Shown here in pieces: positions 13,456-28,179 of a stretch of DNA of 64,000 nt. Both the position numbers and the translations under genes were made by a program. Every line of letters begins with the position of its first letter. Within the stretch, counting starts at the first letter, position 1. The stretch is from the NCBI RefSeq assembly GCF_009914755.1, contig NC_060937.1. The stretch is one strand, 5' to 3'. The notes below the pieces were generated by a model. That model worked only from the letters and a program-made list of their open reading frames with translations. It was not told the DNA's origin and did not search any database. Origin of the DNA: the human T2T-CHM13v2.0 reference genome, Homo sapiens.

Positions 13456-14334
13456 GACTGGAGAAAAAAAATCACATCAAATTAAAGAGTTAACTTTGAG
13501 GAAAATGGCAGCAGCGTTGCACTGTTGACTAAGTCTCTCTTGGTGAAATGTGTCCCTGACTTGAGGGCTCTGAATGCTCAGAGGGAGGTCTAATGACAGT
13601 GTTCCTGTTATTGAGGCAGAGAGAATAGGCAAGAAAGGAGTGGGGGAGGGAACACAGATGCAATGTTTGTACCGAATGTGTCCCTGGTTGAAGTAGAAAA
13701 CTGTGCCTTTCCCAGAGATGGGTGATTATTTATTGATACACTGACATGTGTTGTATGACCGTCTTGTCATACACCCTGGGACTGTCATGTGCTATAGTTT
13801 TTAGGGATATCAGAGGTTCATGATATTGTCCTCTTGGGAACTTGAGTCTAAAAGAGCTTTACTTTTAATGGACCAATACTTGTGATTAACAGTCCTTGAT
13901 TTTATCCTTCTAAGATGAGTGTTGCCTGCATTTGCCAAAAATTAATTTATACGTTTCTTTAAGTTTTATATTATTTTGTATGATTTGGTTTGCAACTCAA
14001 TGTTAATTTAATTTTAAAGGTGCTTGCCATAATTGTGGGGGGGGGGGCATGCCATAAACAATCAAATAATATATCACAACACACAAGAACAGAATTGAGT
14101 CAGAGCAGGTGCATAACAGAGCCCAGCATTGGAGAACTTGAAGAGTAAGCTACATCTAATCCAAGGTGATCAGTTTTTACATATCATATGTTTATATTAT
14201 ATTTACCAGTTTCCTCCTTGGTTTTAATGACAATAAAATGGACCAGGAAACCTTCAAACAAGTGATCTAAAAGGATATCTAAACGTTCCACATCAATGGC
14301 TTTACCCCATGAATTACCCAGATTATCTATTTTA

Positions 14335-14720
14335 TATATAAAATAGAATATTATTCAGTCATAAAAAAGAAGGAACTTCTGTCAGATGTTACAATATAAA
14401 TGAGGCTTGAGGACATTATGCTATGTGAAATAAGCCAGTCACAGAAAGATAAATGTGTGCAATTCCTCTGTATGAGAATCTAAAGTAGTCAAACTCTTTG
14501 AAGCTGGAAGGAGAATTGCTTGCCACTGGCAAGGAGGAAGGGAGAAGTGGGAAGTTGCTGTTCGATGGGTAGAAAGACCCAGTTGCACGTAATGAAAAAA
14601 TTCTAGAAAATTGCTGTATAACATTATGTTTCAGGTTTACAATTCTGCACTGTTACTATTAATAGAAATTTATTAAGAAGGTAAATTTTATGTTGTGTGA
14701 CTTTTACAACACACACACAA
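14335..14720 (+). mobile_element. L1MB-type 3' end
   Basis: cttgaggacattatgctatgtgaaataagccagtcacagaaagataaat...aaagtagtcaaactc. Confidence 0.8.
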
Positions 14721-15223
14721 AGAAAATGAGGAAAATCCAGAATGTTTTTTATTTGACAACATAATTATAATTTCTATAATTTACTGTCTACATTAGCTTC
14801 TAAATAAACTTTGATCACTTTCAGGCTGTGCCTATTTCAACCCCAAAGTATCTTGTCAAGCATGGCAAAATAGACAAGTAGATGGTTTTAAAACTGCAGA
14901 GGAAGGGGATAGACAACTGCTCCGTGTGATCCACATGCATTTCTAGATTGGAAACAGTGCTAAAGTGATTGTTTTCCTAATGTTTACGTTGGACAGAATC
15001 AAAGGAGGTACATGGCAAAACATATCTCCATCAAAAATATGCAAGGGAGAGTTTTGAACTTGTATAAATGTATATAATAGTGCTTTAAAACTTTTCTTTC
15101 ATTACATTTTTCTGTTATTTTAAATCTAGTTGCCAAATTTCTTTGACTCAGTCTGAAAAACTATGTCATGAAAATTAGAAAACAATACCCTCAAAAGCAT
15201 AAAATTATCTTAAGAATATCTTC

Positions 15224-15500
15224 GGCTGGGTGCAGTGGTTCACACCTGTAATCCCAGCACTTTGGGAGGCTGAGGCGGGCAGATCACCTGAGGTCAGGAG
15301 TTCGAGACCAACCAGGCCAACATGGTGAAACCCCGTCTCTACTAAAAGTACAAAAATTAGCTGGGTGTGGTGGTGGGAGCCTGTAGTCCCAGCTACTCAG
15401 GAGGCTGAGGTAGGAGAATTGCTGGAATCCAGGAGGCAAAGGTTGCAGTGAGCCGCCACTGCACTCCAGCCGGGGTGACAGTGAGACTCTGTCTCAAAAA
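15224..15500 (+). mobile_element. AluS (Sx/Sz-like)
   Basis: Dimeric Alu with gatcacctgaggtcaggagttcgagacc and a short tail. Flanking aatatcttc is repeated as the TSD. Confidence 0.95.
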
Positions 15501-15576
15501 TTAATATCTTCTAGTCTAATTCAATGTTGCTAGGCATGTTTTATCACCTTGAAATTCAGTGACTCCTGATGTTTAG

Positions 15577-16052
<476 letters not shown>

Positions 16053-18925
16053 TAGTTTGGTATTAGAAGTTTAGTCCTAGAGAGTTCCTATAGTAACTGG
16101 TTGCCTGGCTTTGAGGTAATATTAGCTGAGAGTGTTTCCTCCTACAACAAAAGACTGTATTGTTGAAGAAATGCTTGTTGCTCTAGTTTCTAATTCTACC
16201 CAGCACTCCCTATACTGTGTAGTCTTTCCTGATAAATCCTACCTTTTAATCCTTTTATAATTGCTATTTCTTTCTTTTGAAAGGGTCCTTTCTCATGTTG
16301 AGAGTCAGAATTGTGCCAGTTAATTTAAGAAATGTGTAGCCCTTTACACAATATTTGCAAAGAGAACATCCCATTAAAATGAAATTCTTTTCGAATGTTC
16401 GTTAAATTCTTTTCGAATATTCTATGCTACATATTTACATTTTACTACATGGCTTCCTCTGGAAAAGAAATATGGTTGCGTAGTTGCACAGCTTGCAAAT
16501 TCAACATGAGATTTCTCTGTGGAAGTCTGCAGATGCACAGAAATTAAATACAGTAAAATTATGTAGGAAATGAATGATCTGTAAATTCATTTGAAATGCC
16601 CATAGGTACCCCCACCCCTTCCAAACTGGGGTACTTTTAGTGATATGCTGCATTGATTTTCTTGTATTTCACATTACATTGAGTTTGCATGTCTCGTTAT
16701 GTGATGTTATCACTTTATGGTGCTGTGGCTTACGTGGTGACACTGTGAGCATAATGTAATGTGATGTGCCATGGCTGTGAAATGCCATTAGACTATGACA
16801 CTCTAGAGAGTCAGTGAATTATGCTATGTCACTACCACAGCTTCAGGAGGCTCAGAGAACTGCAGGAGGCACTCGCCTTGTAGCATTATCTGAATTTGTT
16901 TATCTACCTCATTTGAGTTGTGCAAAGATATTTGCTGTCGGAATTACCAATACTACTAAAACCAACACCATTTGAATTTGCTACTAGGAAATCCACCTGT
17001 CTCTAAAATGGGTTGCTGTTATACTTCTTCACTTCAGCAATTATGGAACAATAATGAAAGAAAGTATCGTGCCATCTGACCCAATATTTTCCTCACGTTA
17101 TGCAAAGAAGGAAAAGACTGGCCCTTCCCTGTTTTTGCAATTACACAGGAAGGTTTATCCAGAATAGTACAGAAACAATTCAGTGGTTTCTGATTATCAT
17201 TTATACTGGGGTCGGCTTTTCAGTCTCTTGCTTTATCGTGAATGTCCTAATCCAGGGAACTTCAAAGTAGTGTAACCTTGAGTTTTCTTCCTTTCGATGC
17301 TACACTGCAATGATTTGTTGCCAACAGAACTTTCATGCTGTCAGTAACACTGAGTTGAAAGAAGACATATAACCTTCTGTGCTCATCTACAATCTTGGCA
17401 TCTTAAATAAAAAGGGAATATTTCTTTAAAACTAATGTTTATTGAGAACGTTTTATAATGGAATCCAGTGTGAAAACTACCATTTGCATCAAAGGAAATG
17501 GTGGCTATGGTTTTATTTAGTGATTGGGTAACTTAAAACCAGCAAGAACAACATTTGAAGAAATGAAATTTGGTTCCATTTGTAAGACATTATTTTTTAA
17601 TAAACATAATATGATTTGACTAGCACAATAAGCGTATGTGTTATTATTGTATTATATAGACATAGAAAACTAACACTCAGCAGATTAACCTATTCTCCTA
17701 TTGTTATTTTCAGTCCTGTTTTTGAACCAGATACTTATTGCTGCTGTGACTTCACCCTGTTCAAAGTTATTTGGGAGGTTTTTCTACCTAATTATCCATT
17801 TGCATGTTTGTTTTAAATACAAAAGGAACAAAGTGTTCATGGTGACATCAATAATATCAGCCTGGTGCATTTGTATAAAACAAGCTAATTAGTGTAAATG
17901 TTGCCCAGATTGTATTATCATCTAACTCTAACAAGGATTCAGAGCCCCTAAAAGCCATGTATGGTTTTCAGACCAGGAAAATCACAATCCTTATCTGAAA
18001 ATCACCTTTTAACTTAAATGTGAGGAAGGGAAGTATGTGGAGGACATGCACAGGCTCAAAGGGAAGATATGTCCCTCTGTGAGGCTTTCTGTCCTCTTCA
18101 GACAAGGCCATCTTTCATTTTGCTCACAATTTTCTCTTCCACATTTTGCCTATATTTATTATGTGCATAAATGTAATGCTGCTTCATGTATGTTTTTTTT
18201 CCCTACTGATTACCAGGTTAAGTGACTTTCTTTTACACTTATATATAATTCAATAGTAATGTATTTTCTGAGTCAATTAAAATGTCCTCTCCATGCTGTT
18301 GATAAAAAAAATGTAAGGTGTAATACAATCATGCATTCCTTTAAAATTTGACCTTGACTTCAACATTATTCAATTGCAAGAGGGTTTTTCCTAAGCCCAT
18401 TTAATTTGATCTTATATTTTGTCAGTGAATAACTGCATTCTAATTTTTCATGTTGACTTTCATGTACCTATAATATTTACCATAGCATTTATAATTTTGA
18501 AATATTCATGTATTCCATCCAGATTACTGGCATGATAATATGTTGTAGGAGTACTGTCAATTAAGAGTTCCTGCATAGTAAATTGGTTTAATTGGTTCTC
18601 ATTTATCTCCAGAGGATATGAAATTCATGCATGAAAACATAGATTTTGAAGATCCAGTTGTAAATTTTTAGTAAAATAAGTATGAAATATTTTCACAACT
18701 GTGAATAGTCTTATTTTCCTATGTATCACTGTGTGTCTGTTTGTGTGTGTCTATGTGTGTAATCAGACAATACAATTGTAAGGTAGGTCTATCATGCCTA
18801 ACTGGTTTGGATCCATGACTCATAGAACCTGTTTATATCCTAGTTTGATTGATTGATCCTTTACACCGTAAATATCCAAGATTTCACTCATACTTTAGGG
18901 ATGCTATATAATCAACCAATCCTCT

Positions 18926-19462
18926 TGCATTAGTTTTCTGTTGCTGCACACCAAATTACTACAACCTTAGTGGCTTCAAAACAGTGCACTTGTATTGTTT
19001 CACAGTTTCCATGGGTCAGTGGTCTGAACATGGATTATCTTAGTTCTCTGCACAGGGTCTCCCCAGATGAAGATCAGGATGTTATCTGGGATGTATTTTT
19101 AACTGGAGGCTTAACTGGAAGAACACACTTCCATGATTATTCAGCATTGGCAGAATATATTTGTTTGTGGCTCTGTGACTGAGAGTCCCAGTCACATAGG
19201 CTTACAGCCTAAAGGCCACCCTCAAAACCTAGAGGCTGTCCGTAGTTCCCTGCTCTGGGGCTGTTGGCCTCTTTAAGGTCAACGAGATAATCTCTTCAGA
19301 GTGCTAAGAGAGTCTTACATAATTTGACATAATTACAGAGTTTTATATGTCCTTTGCCATATTCTATCGGTTAGAGACAAGTCAATTTCTGCTCCCACTC
19401 AAGTAGACTGGATCATACAAAGTGCAATTCACTGGGATTTACCTTAGAGTGTGCACATGACA
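18926..19462 (-). mobile_element. MLT1F/G-like MaLR LTR
   Basis: tgcattagttttctgttgctgc...aaattactacaaccttagtggcttcaaaaca is the antisense MLT1 terminus. Confidence 0.7.
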
Positions 19463-19570
19463 TACCCCTCTACCATTACATTAGTGAATTCCATTAGTTT
19501 AAAATATAGTGAGTACCTATTTCATCAGCACGTTCTGTTTCATATGGAAGACAAGTTAGTCTTAGCTCAG

Positions 19571-19923
19571 TGTATTAGTCCATTTTCATGCTGCTGATAA
19601 AGACATACCTGAGACTGGGAAGAAAAATAGGTTTAATGGACTCACAGTTCCATGTGGCTGGACAGCCCTCACCATCATGGCGGAAGGCGAAAGGCACTTC
19701 TTACATGGCAGTAGCAAGAGAGAATGAGGAAGAAGCAAGAGCAGAAACCCCTTATAAAACCATCAGATCTTGTGAGACTTATTCACTACCGTAAGAACAG
19801 AATGGGGGAAACTGCCCCCATGATTCAATTATCTTTCACTGGGTCTCTCCCACAACATGTGGGAATTATGAGAGTACAATTCAAGATGAGATTTGGGTGG
19901 GGACACAGAGCCAAACCCTATCA
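19571..19923 (-). mobile_element. THE1C-like solo LTR
   Basis: Complete tgtattagtcc...gagccaaaccctatca with TG...CA ends. 5-bp TSD ctcag / cttag. Confidence 0.92.
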
Positions 19924-20109
19924 CTTAGTGTCCCATTTTCCAAAAGGAACCATGTCAGCTGGAAATTTTGCGGCTTGAGAATAATGTATTTTGTGTCTAT
20001 TCTTTCTTACTGAGATCTTCCACTAGAACAATATTAGTATTCTTTAGACTTTTTCCATTTTAATTGCGTAGGAATTTAGTAGCCTGTTTTATCCCATAGA
20101 AAATGGTGA

Positions 20110-20330
20110 TAATGATAACAGTAATAATACCATTTGGTATTATTTGCTCTGAGTAGTCCTTCTGAATATTGTCATTTACTCATTATAGCATTGCCAAAAT
20201 GAAGCTTTGAAGTGTCCATTTTCTCAGATGAGAAAACTAGTGCTAAGAGTTTAGTGCATCCAAAGTAGAAAGCTGATAATCAGCAAAATGAATGTTTTAA
20301 AGCGAGATCTTTCTAAAATCAAAGCACTTA
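20110..20330 (-). mobile_element. MIR remnant
   Basis: tccattttctcagatgagaaaactag MIR core. Confidence 0.55.
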
Positions 20331-20516
20331 TACTCCTTCAAGTTGTTGTGATGTGATGTAATATAAATGTTCATAAGAAAAAAATTAGCTCACTTTTTTA
20401 TTTAAAGAAACTTTTCCGAAGATATACAAAATCTAGTTGTTTGTTTGTTTGTTTTCTTTTGGGATTTGGGAGCGTGATGAATATGTGCAGTTCTAGAATT
20501 CTGAAACTGCCCACAG

Positions 20517-20728
20517 GAGCGTTGTTCAGCCTTGAGCTTTTGACACTTTGTACTGGATCATGGGGTCATGCTTGGTTTTATGGGGCTCTTCTGTGCATTG
20601 CAAGATGTTTAACAGCATCTCCGACCTCTACCCAGTTGTGACAACCAAAAATAGCTTCAGACGTTGCCAAAGTGTCTCAAGGGATAGAGGTGGAGGAGTG
20701 TCAACATCACTCTCGTGAGAACCCCTGG
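20517..20728 (+). mobile_element. MER20 hAT-Charlie DNA transposon
   Basis: ctgtgcattgcaagatgtttaacagcatctccgacctctaccca...gttgtgacaaccaaaaat...cagacgttgccaaa...gagaacccctg. Confidence 0.85.
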
Positions 20729-21920
20729 TCTGCAGTAAGGTCTAGTCTCTTTAAAGCTGACATTGGTTCTTAGCCTTTTTCCCAGTGAATACCCTTAAGA
20801 TTATATTTCTCCAAATGTGACATGCTATCTGTCATTTTCCTTTCATTTACACCTTTCCAATACCAATATTTTTCTGGCATTACCTATGCTAACTTGACAT
20901 TTAGCGAATTCATATTTTACTTGTCAGATATTCAAATGGTAGTTTGGACACGCAGGGACTTTAAGAGCTCAAAAGGCAACCATGTGAGAGCAAAGCCTTG
21001 TGCCTTCAAAAAGGACCTCCCAGGAAAGACTGGGAATGCCCCTTAATCTTGTGAAACATATCCAAGAACTGATTTGTAACTTTTCCAAGGTGGATGTAGC
21101 AACGCTAGCTATGGAAGTCCTATATCCTACTTGGACTACAAAACTCAGACTTCTGGACTGCTACAACATGATTAACAGATGAATGTATGGACTCTTCTTA
21201 CGCTGGTTCTGCAAGAGCCACTTTATTTCAACACATACCTCCCTTTTTCTTTTATTTTATTTTATTATTATTTTTTGCTTAATAATACCTCTCTCGCCGT
21301 TGAACTATATTTTCTCTAGGACTAATGGAGGAAATCTGTACCATTGAAACTAAAGTTGATCTCTCTAAGAATAAGAACATAAATAAGTACCTTCCTCATG
21401 AACTTGGGCCTTAATAATTTTATACCATAGCTAACCTAGAAAATAAACCGAATGTTTGTGGGTAGATGTCTTTTTGCAATTTAAATTTTTAAAATCAAGT
21501 TTAAACGAGAAAGTTAGGAAGATGAGAAAAACAAGAGTTTAAAGGATTACAGTGTGATTCACAAACTTGAAACTTTCTCAGTGATTTCTTCTTAAAGCAA
21601 GACAATGGAGATGTCACAAGTAGAAGAATGATAAATGAGATTTTGCTAGGAGTTTTTCTCATCTAGAAATATGAGCATTTAGTTTTATTCTCTGTTTATT
21701 TGTTCAGGGTATTTCCTCAATCAAAGTAAAATAGCTCCTTTATTCCTTAATTCAATAATCATTTTTGTCTTTTTGCTTTTGTTTTTAATTCATGTGAATG
21801 TTCTTTGATTTCCCTTGTTTGGTATGCTTATTTACTTCTTTGATATGTTAGTTAAGCCAACTATCTCCTTAGAAAAATAAAATCATTTCTCTAACCTTAT
21901 TAACCTTCCAGGAGAAATAA

Positions 21921-22292
<372 letters not shown>

Positions 22293-22959
22293 TAAGAAGT
22301 AATAATGTTAATCAGAACAGATTGTGAATATTTACTCTTAAGAGAAAGCAAATAAAAGGAGTGTGATTTAGTGACAGCAAAGGATCTGTGGTTTAGGTGG
22401 ATGGGTAGGTAAGAGACTTACAAGTCAATTCTATCTGTGAACCTGGGATGAAGCTCATTTCTTCTGGGAAGGGTTTCAGTTTATCAACTTTATTTTGATA
22501 GATTGATAAACAAACCTTAGAAATCAGATTATAATCTGGTAAAGTTTTAATATTATTTGCCAACATATTCCTTATCCAGAGGGGTCTTCTCCCAGTTAAT
22601 CAGTGTTCATTGCTTCTCCTCATGTGAGTGTAGGTTTTATGTACATGTACATAGAGAGTAGTAGGTTAACTGCTGCGTAGGTTTTCCTTTTTTCATTATT
22701 TGTGTGTGGCAATTGGAATCAAAATGTTAATTCTAATGAAAGTGATTTTACTTCCAAACACATGGAAACCTTGTATTTGCAAGGTTATATCCTGTTGCTT
22801 TTTAGCGCTCGCTCTTAGTATTAAGAAATCTTAGATTTAAGACAGCATAGATCATTTATTTGTAAGACATCAGTCTGTCTTTCTTTTACCTTATCCCCCT
22901 CTCCAGCATACCTATGGCCTGCAGCAACAGGATTAGAGATTGAGCTTCATGATATCTCT

Positions 22960-23950
22960 GCCAAGCAGGGTGGTCTCATACATGCTATGGTAAAAACAAT
23001 GACCTCCCCTTTCAGCAGCTTAAAGCAGCAGAGGTTGTATTCTTACTCTTGCTGTGTGTCTAGCAAGAGTCGCTGGGATTTCTCTTCTTCCTCATTGCCA
23101 CCCTGGGTCCTGTGCTGTCTCTGTGGCTGGGGGGGAAAGAGAGAGTAATAAATTGTACACTGTCACTTTAGCTTTCCTATCATAAGTGACACTTGCTTTA
23201 CACTGAGCAAAGAAGTAAACTTACCACTCATTACTCCTAAGGCACAGACAGCACAATTATATCATGCCTGTTGGACAGTTAGAAATATCTGCGATTGACA
23301 CCAACGCACCATAGACTATCACTATCCACCCTTCAGGTCGCAAAAGATTCAGTTCACTAGCTTTTTACATGCAGAACACACTAACCTCTTTTCCAAGGGA
23401 GAAAGCCTAAAAGTCTTAAACACCCACTGAATCCAGTTCAGTGTCCAAGAACTTTTGATTATGCCCAGTTCACAGGAGCATCCCCTGGGACCTGAGACTT
23501 GTGAACTAAAAAGAAATCTGCTGTCCTGTCCTCTCCTCTCCTTCAGACCCCAGATATACAATAGCGGAATAGGTACAGGATGATCTTATCCCGAAAGAAG
23601 AAATACTGGGCAAACAGCAGACATTAGCCAGAGCAATCTGGAATCTCAGTGAGCTGGAGCTGCCTGGTTGCTCTACTCCGAGGGTGGGCAATGTTTGCTG
23701 CTTAAGCTCTGGTTGCTCTTTGAGGGTGCTTCTGCATCCACTGTATGTTAATGCTCTTCCTCTTCCACCCTTCTGCTTGGCCACATCTGAACTTGGAGGA
23801 TATGGCCTTCTTGGGGGCTGAGCAACTTTTTATCCTGCCTCCTGCTTGTCACCTACTGAGGGGTCGGGGTCATTTTATATCTCAAATAGTCTCTTTTAGT
23901 CCCAGCAAGTTGTAGTTTAGATAGTAAAGCACTTTAAAAAATAAGTCGCT
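22960..23950 (-). mobile_element. Old MaLR LTR (MLT1K/L-like) plus probable adjoining internal sequence
   Basis: atgctatggtaaaaacaa...cagcagcttaaagcagcagaggttgtattcttactc LTR-type start. The sequence after ~23320 resembles MaLR internal DNA. Highly diverged. Confidence 0.45.
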
Positions 23951-24035
23951 TGTTGATTTCATTTCAAGACAGCCCCATATGACAATGGGCAGATCCATAT
24001 TTCACTTATACCTATGGACTTTCCTACCCCTATGC

Positions 24036-24073
24036 CTCTCTCTCTGTCTCTCTCTGTCTCTCTGTCTCTCTCT

Positions 24074-24124
<51 letters not shown>
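24036..24124. repeat. Compound microsatellite (TC)n-(GT)18
   Basis: Interrupted TC run, then a perfect GT run at 24077-24112. Confidence 0.97.
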
Positions 24125-24342
24125 TTCTATTTAATTGTGGGCAGCTAAGCTGATCAGGCCTTGGAGAGAGCCACACACTTTGTCTTTTTTTCTGCGGGAC
24201 ATTTTGTCCAGTTGAAATGAGTTAGTGAGTGCTTCTCCTTAAGTTTTACCTTTACTCAGAGTCTGGTGGTGGATTTATTCTCTGCAGCTTGTGCACCTAC
24301 TCTGAATATCACTTCAATGGTTGCAAACTGGCAATGAATGGA

Positions 24343-24840
24343 TGCATTAGTCAGGGTTCTTTGTTGCCACGAGCCAAAACTGAATCTGGCTGATTAAGCA
24401 GAAATAGTGTCTATTAAAAGAATATTGGGTAACTCACAAATTTTTTGGCATGGAAAAACCAAGCTTCAGGCTATGTTTCCAGGAATGATGCCAACACCTT
24501 TCCTGCAGAGTTCACCTGATGAAGCATTACTGACGCTGCCACCACCCCATGGAGCAATGTCAGTAGGCACCATGACCACCACTTCTCGCTTGAAGCTAGG
24601 TCTGTCCCAGGGAATTGTAATCACCGCTGGCCTCATAATTGGATGCCCTCACCACTACTGCCCTTGAGAACAAAATAAATTTTTGATGAGCCTACTTTCT
24701 AAAGTTTTTCACTTTTGAATTGAAGTTCTTGAGATGTTTTCTGGGTTTTCCTTGAAGGGGTCAACTCATAAGTCTGAAAATTAATCAAACATAGCTAAGA
24801 TGTTCAAAATGTTCTTGGCAGAGAAAATAAATGTTCACAA
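24343..24840 (-). mobile_element. Old MaLR LTR (MLT1N/O-like)
   Basis: tgcattagtcagggttctttgttgc...ctggctgattaagcagaaa terminus. Right boundary uncertain. Confidence 0.5.
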
Positions 24841-25745
24841 TCTCATATTCTTTCCAACATTCATACTGGAGGTTTAGTGGATCTTTATCAACCCCAAAAA
24901 CCAAAACCAAAATAAATTCTGCACATAGGTTCTGGAATGTCACAAGAATTCTATGTGTTAACTAGATTCTATGCCTGAAAATTTAAAATTAGATTCATTT
25001 CTAATGGGCATGTATACCTGAATGTGGCAGCACATGGCTAGTAATGACATTCATGTATGGAAAATCATTTTCTACATCCACATTCTCATTTTATCTTTAC
25101 TTAAACTCTCTGATGTTGTTGCTAGTTTTACTTAACAGAACAGAAAATACACATAGAGAGGTTTTATAATGTTCTCAGAGTTTCTTTCTTCTGCAAAACA
25201 GAACTGGAAATTGAGTCCAAACTTGATTTCAAAATGTGTCTTCAACGTACTAACTTGCAACTATGCATTAATACTAGAAAAAGGGTAGCTGTGGAGGGAA
25301 TGAGATACAGAAAGACAGAGCTTTTTGTCGGTGGGTGGGAGGGTTAAAATGAGACAGTAGGGTATGATGTGTGGATGCTCTGTGATGATGCAGTGTTGAG
25401 AAACTCAAATTACCTGTATGATAATGTAGGTCCACAAAGGAAAACAAAATGGGTATGGAAAGGGAGATAAAATAAATTAACATTGTCTATTTCATAATTA
25501 GTTGGAAACTTCTAACTGCTGTTTTCTGAAATCTCAAGTTATCTAGAAAATTTATGCCAACACCAATATCATATCCAATCAGCTTCCTAAAAGATACTTT
25601 GGCTATTTTCCTCAAATTTTTTCTCCCTGACAATGTTAATCAGTTGTCTAAATATTAGCATTGTCAATAGTAGCCTTTGTCGGTAGTATTAAGATTAATT
25701 CAAGTGCATTACACAATTGAAAACATCGTTTTAAAGCTTATGTTT

Positions 25746-26060
25746 GGCCTGGTGCAGTGGCTCACGCCTCTGACCCCAGCATTTTGGGAGGCCAAGGTCA
25801 GAGGATCACTTGAATCCAGGAGTTCAAACCAGCCTAAGCAACATAGCGAGACCTCGTATCTATAAACAATGAAAGCTAGCTGGGGATAGTGGCATACACC
25901 TGTAGTCCCACCTACGTCGGAGGCTGATGGGGAAAAATAACGTGAGCCCAGGAGGTCGAGGCTACAATCGATGGTGCCACCACCCTCCAGCCTGGGAGAT
26001 ACAGCAAGACCCTGTGTCTAAATAAATAAATGCATACTTACATAAATACATAAAATAAAA
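25746..26060 (+). mobile_element. AluJ
   Basis: Diverged dimer with J-type aggatcacttgaatccaggagttc and gcccaggaggtcgaggctaca. TSD core aagcttat. Confidence 0.92.
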
Positions 26061-26130
26061 TGAAGCTTATTTTACTTTGTTGTTCCCACCTTTTTCCCTA
26101 TAGCATTCTTGTTCTCGTTTTGCAGTTTTA

Positions 26131-26595
<465 letters not shown>

Positions 26596-27714
26596 TCAAC
26601 CATTGGAATTTGTTGTTTAAGAAAACTGAGAACATTTGCAGTTAATTGGCACCTCTGACCATCGTCATGTTTTGTTCTGACACTGAATGATCCATTTATT
26701 CTGACCTGTCTATTTCAGGTCCTATAGCATATATTGAAATTTCTTCTGCTTTTCATCACCACAAGGGCATGAGAGCAGCCATACAATACCACGATCAGGC
26801 TCTGCTTCCAGTAGGGCTTATGGGTTAGCGCATAAGAAACCCTGTAGCCTTGAAAAACATTCCCATTACCAACCACTTTTTCAGTCGAGCAAGATTGTAA
26901 TGGTTAGTTAGGCTTTCAATAAAGCAGGAGCCTCCTTGACTTCAGAAAATTAATTAAGTTTCTGCTATTTTTCAAAGCCACCTTGTTTTTACACAAAGAC
27001 ATTACTGCATATTCTGGTATGGTAGTTCCAATTTATGTGTCATATTGTATTCCTCACATCAGATCCATTTAGACATTGGGATCAGATGTATCAAATTATT
27101 ACTTAAATGCCAAATTGAATTTGGTCCTACAGAGAGTTCTTATCTGAAGGAGAAGCTTATTATTTTTATTATGTCGACCTTTTCACTATATGCCTGGGAT
27201 CTTTATTTTTGTTTATTCCTTAACTATAATTACAGACAGGATGTCCTGAGACTTTCAGGAAATGTTTGAAGCTCGTAATTAGATTTGTGTGTGTGTGCAT
27301 ATGTATGTATAACTTCCATGAGGAAATTTTATATTACTGTATGGTTTATATGGCTTTGGTTTTCTTAAACTTCTTCAATTCCCTTGTCTTCTTATGGAGC
27401 CTCCTATGAGAGCTTTTCCCCAGTATCTACACTTCATTTGGTTATCTTATTTACCAAGATGATACATTGTCTTTTTTATGCAGATGATATACTGATTTAT
27501 CTCTTTCAGGGAGCTTTTCTGCAGCAATTTCAAAGCTGTCAGGCTGGCAGACTAAGATTAAAGACTAAAGGACTCAGCGTTTCCACAGCAAAGTGTATAC
27601 AAACAGCCAACAAGAGATCTTCCCTTGATTTAACAATCTTTTGGTGTGACATTTTTCTTGTGAGAACAGCCTCTCCTGTAGTGCTAGACCAAGGTCAAGG
27701 AGGAATGGACTCTT

Positions 27715-27966
27715 TTTTTTTTCCTTTTTTAATTTTATTATTATTATACTTTAAGTTTTAGGGTACATGTGCACAACGTGCAGGTTCGTTACATATGTAT
27801 ACGTGTGCCATGTTGGTGTGCTGCACCCATTAACTCGTCATTTAGCATTAGGTATATCTCCTAATGCTATCCCTCCCCCCTCCCCCCACCCCACAACAGT
27901 CCCCGGAGTGTGATGTTCCCCTTCCTGTGTCCATGTGTTCTCATTGTTCAATTCCCACCTATGAGT
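27715..27966 (-). mobile_element. L1PA4-like 3' end, ~250 bp
   Basis: cccattaactcgtcatttagcattaggtatatctcctaatgc. TSD gactctt (27708-27714 / 27967-27973). Confidence 0.92.
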
Positions 27967-28179
27967 GACTCTTAACGCATTCTCGCAGGGTACTATTCAC
28001 TAGTTGCTTACATGTTTCATTTAACTTCTAAGGAACATTGATCAACCATGACCATTGTTCTTTATGACTGATTTATCAGCACAGGAAGAACCTGAGAGTA
28101 TCACATTACTAGATTAAAAATCAAAGAATGAGTAGGAAAAATGTTCAGAGAGAAAAGAAAAACCAGAACATTCTGTGGT

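Noticed and set aside
14037-14047. G11 homopolymer
   Set aside because: Simple mononucleotide run with no supporting context.
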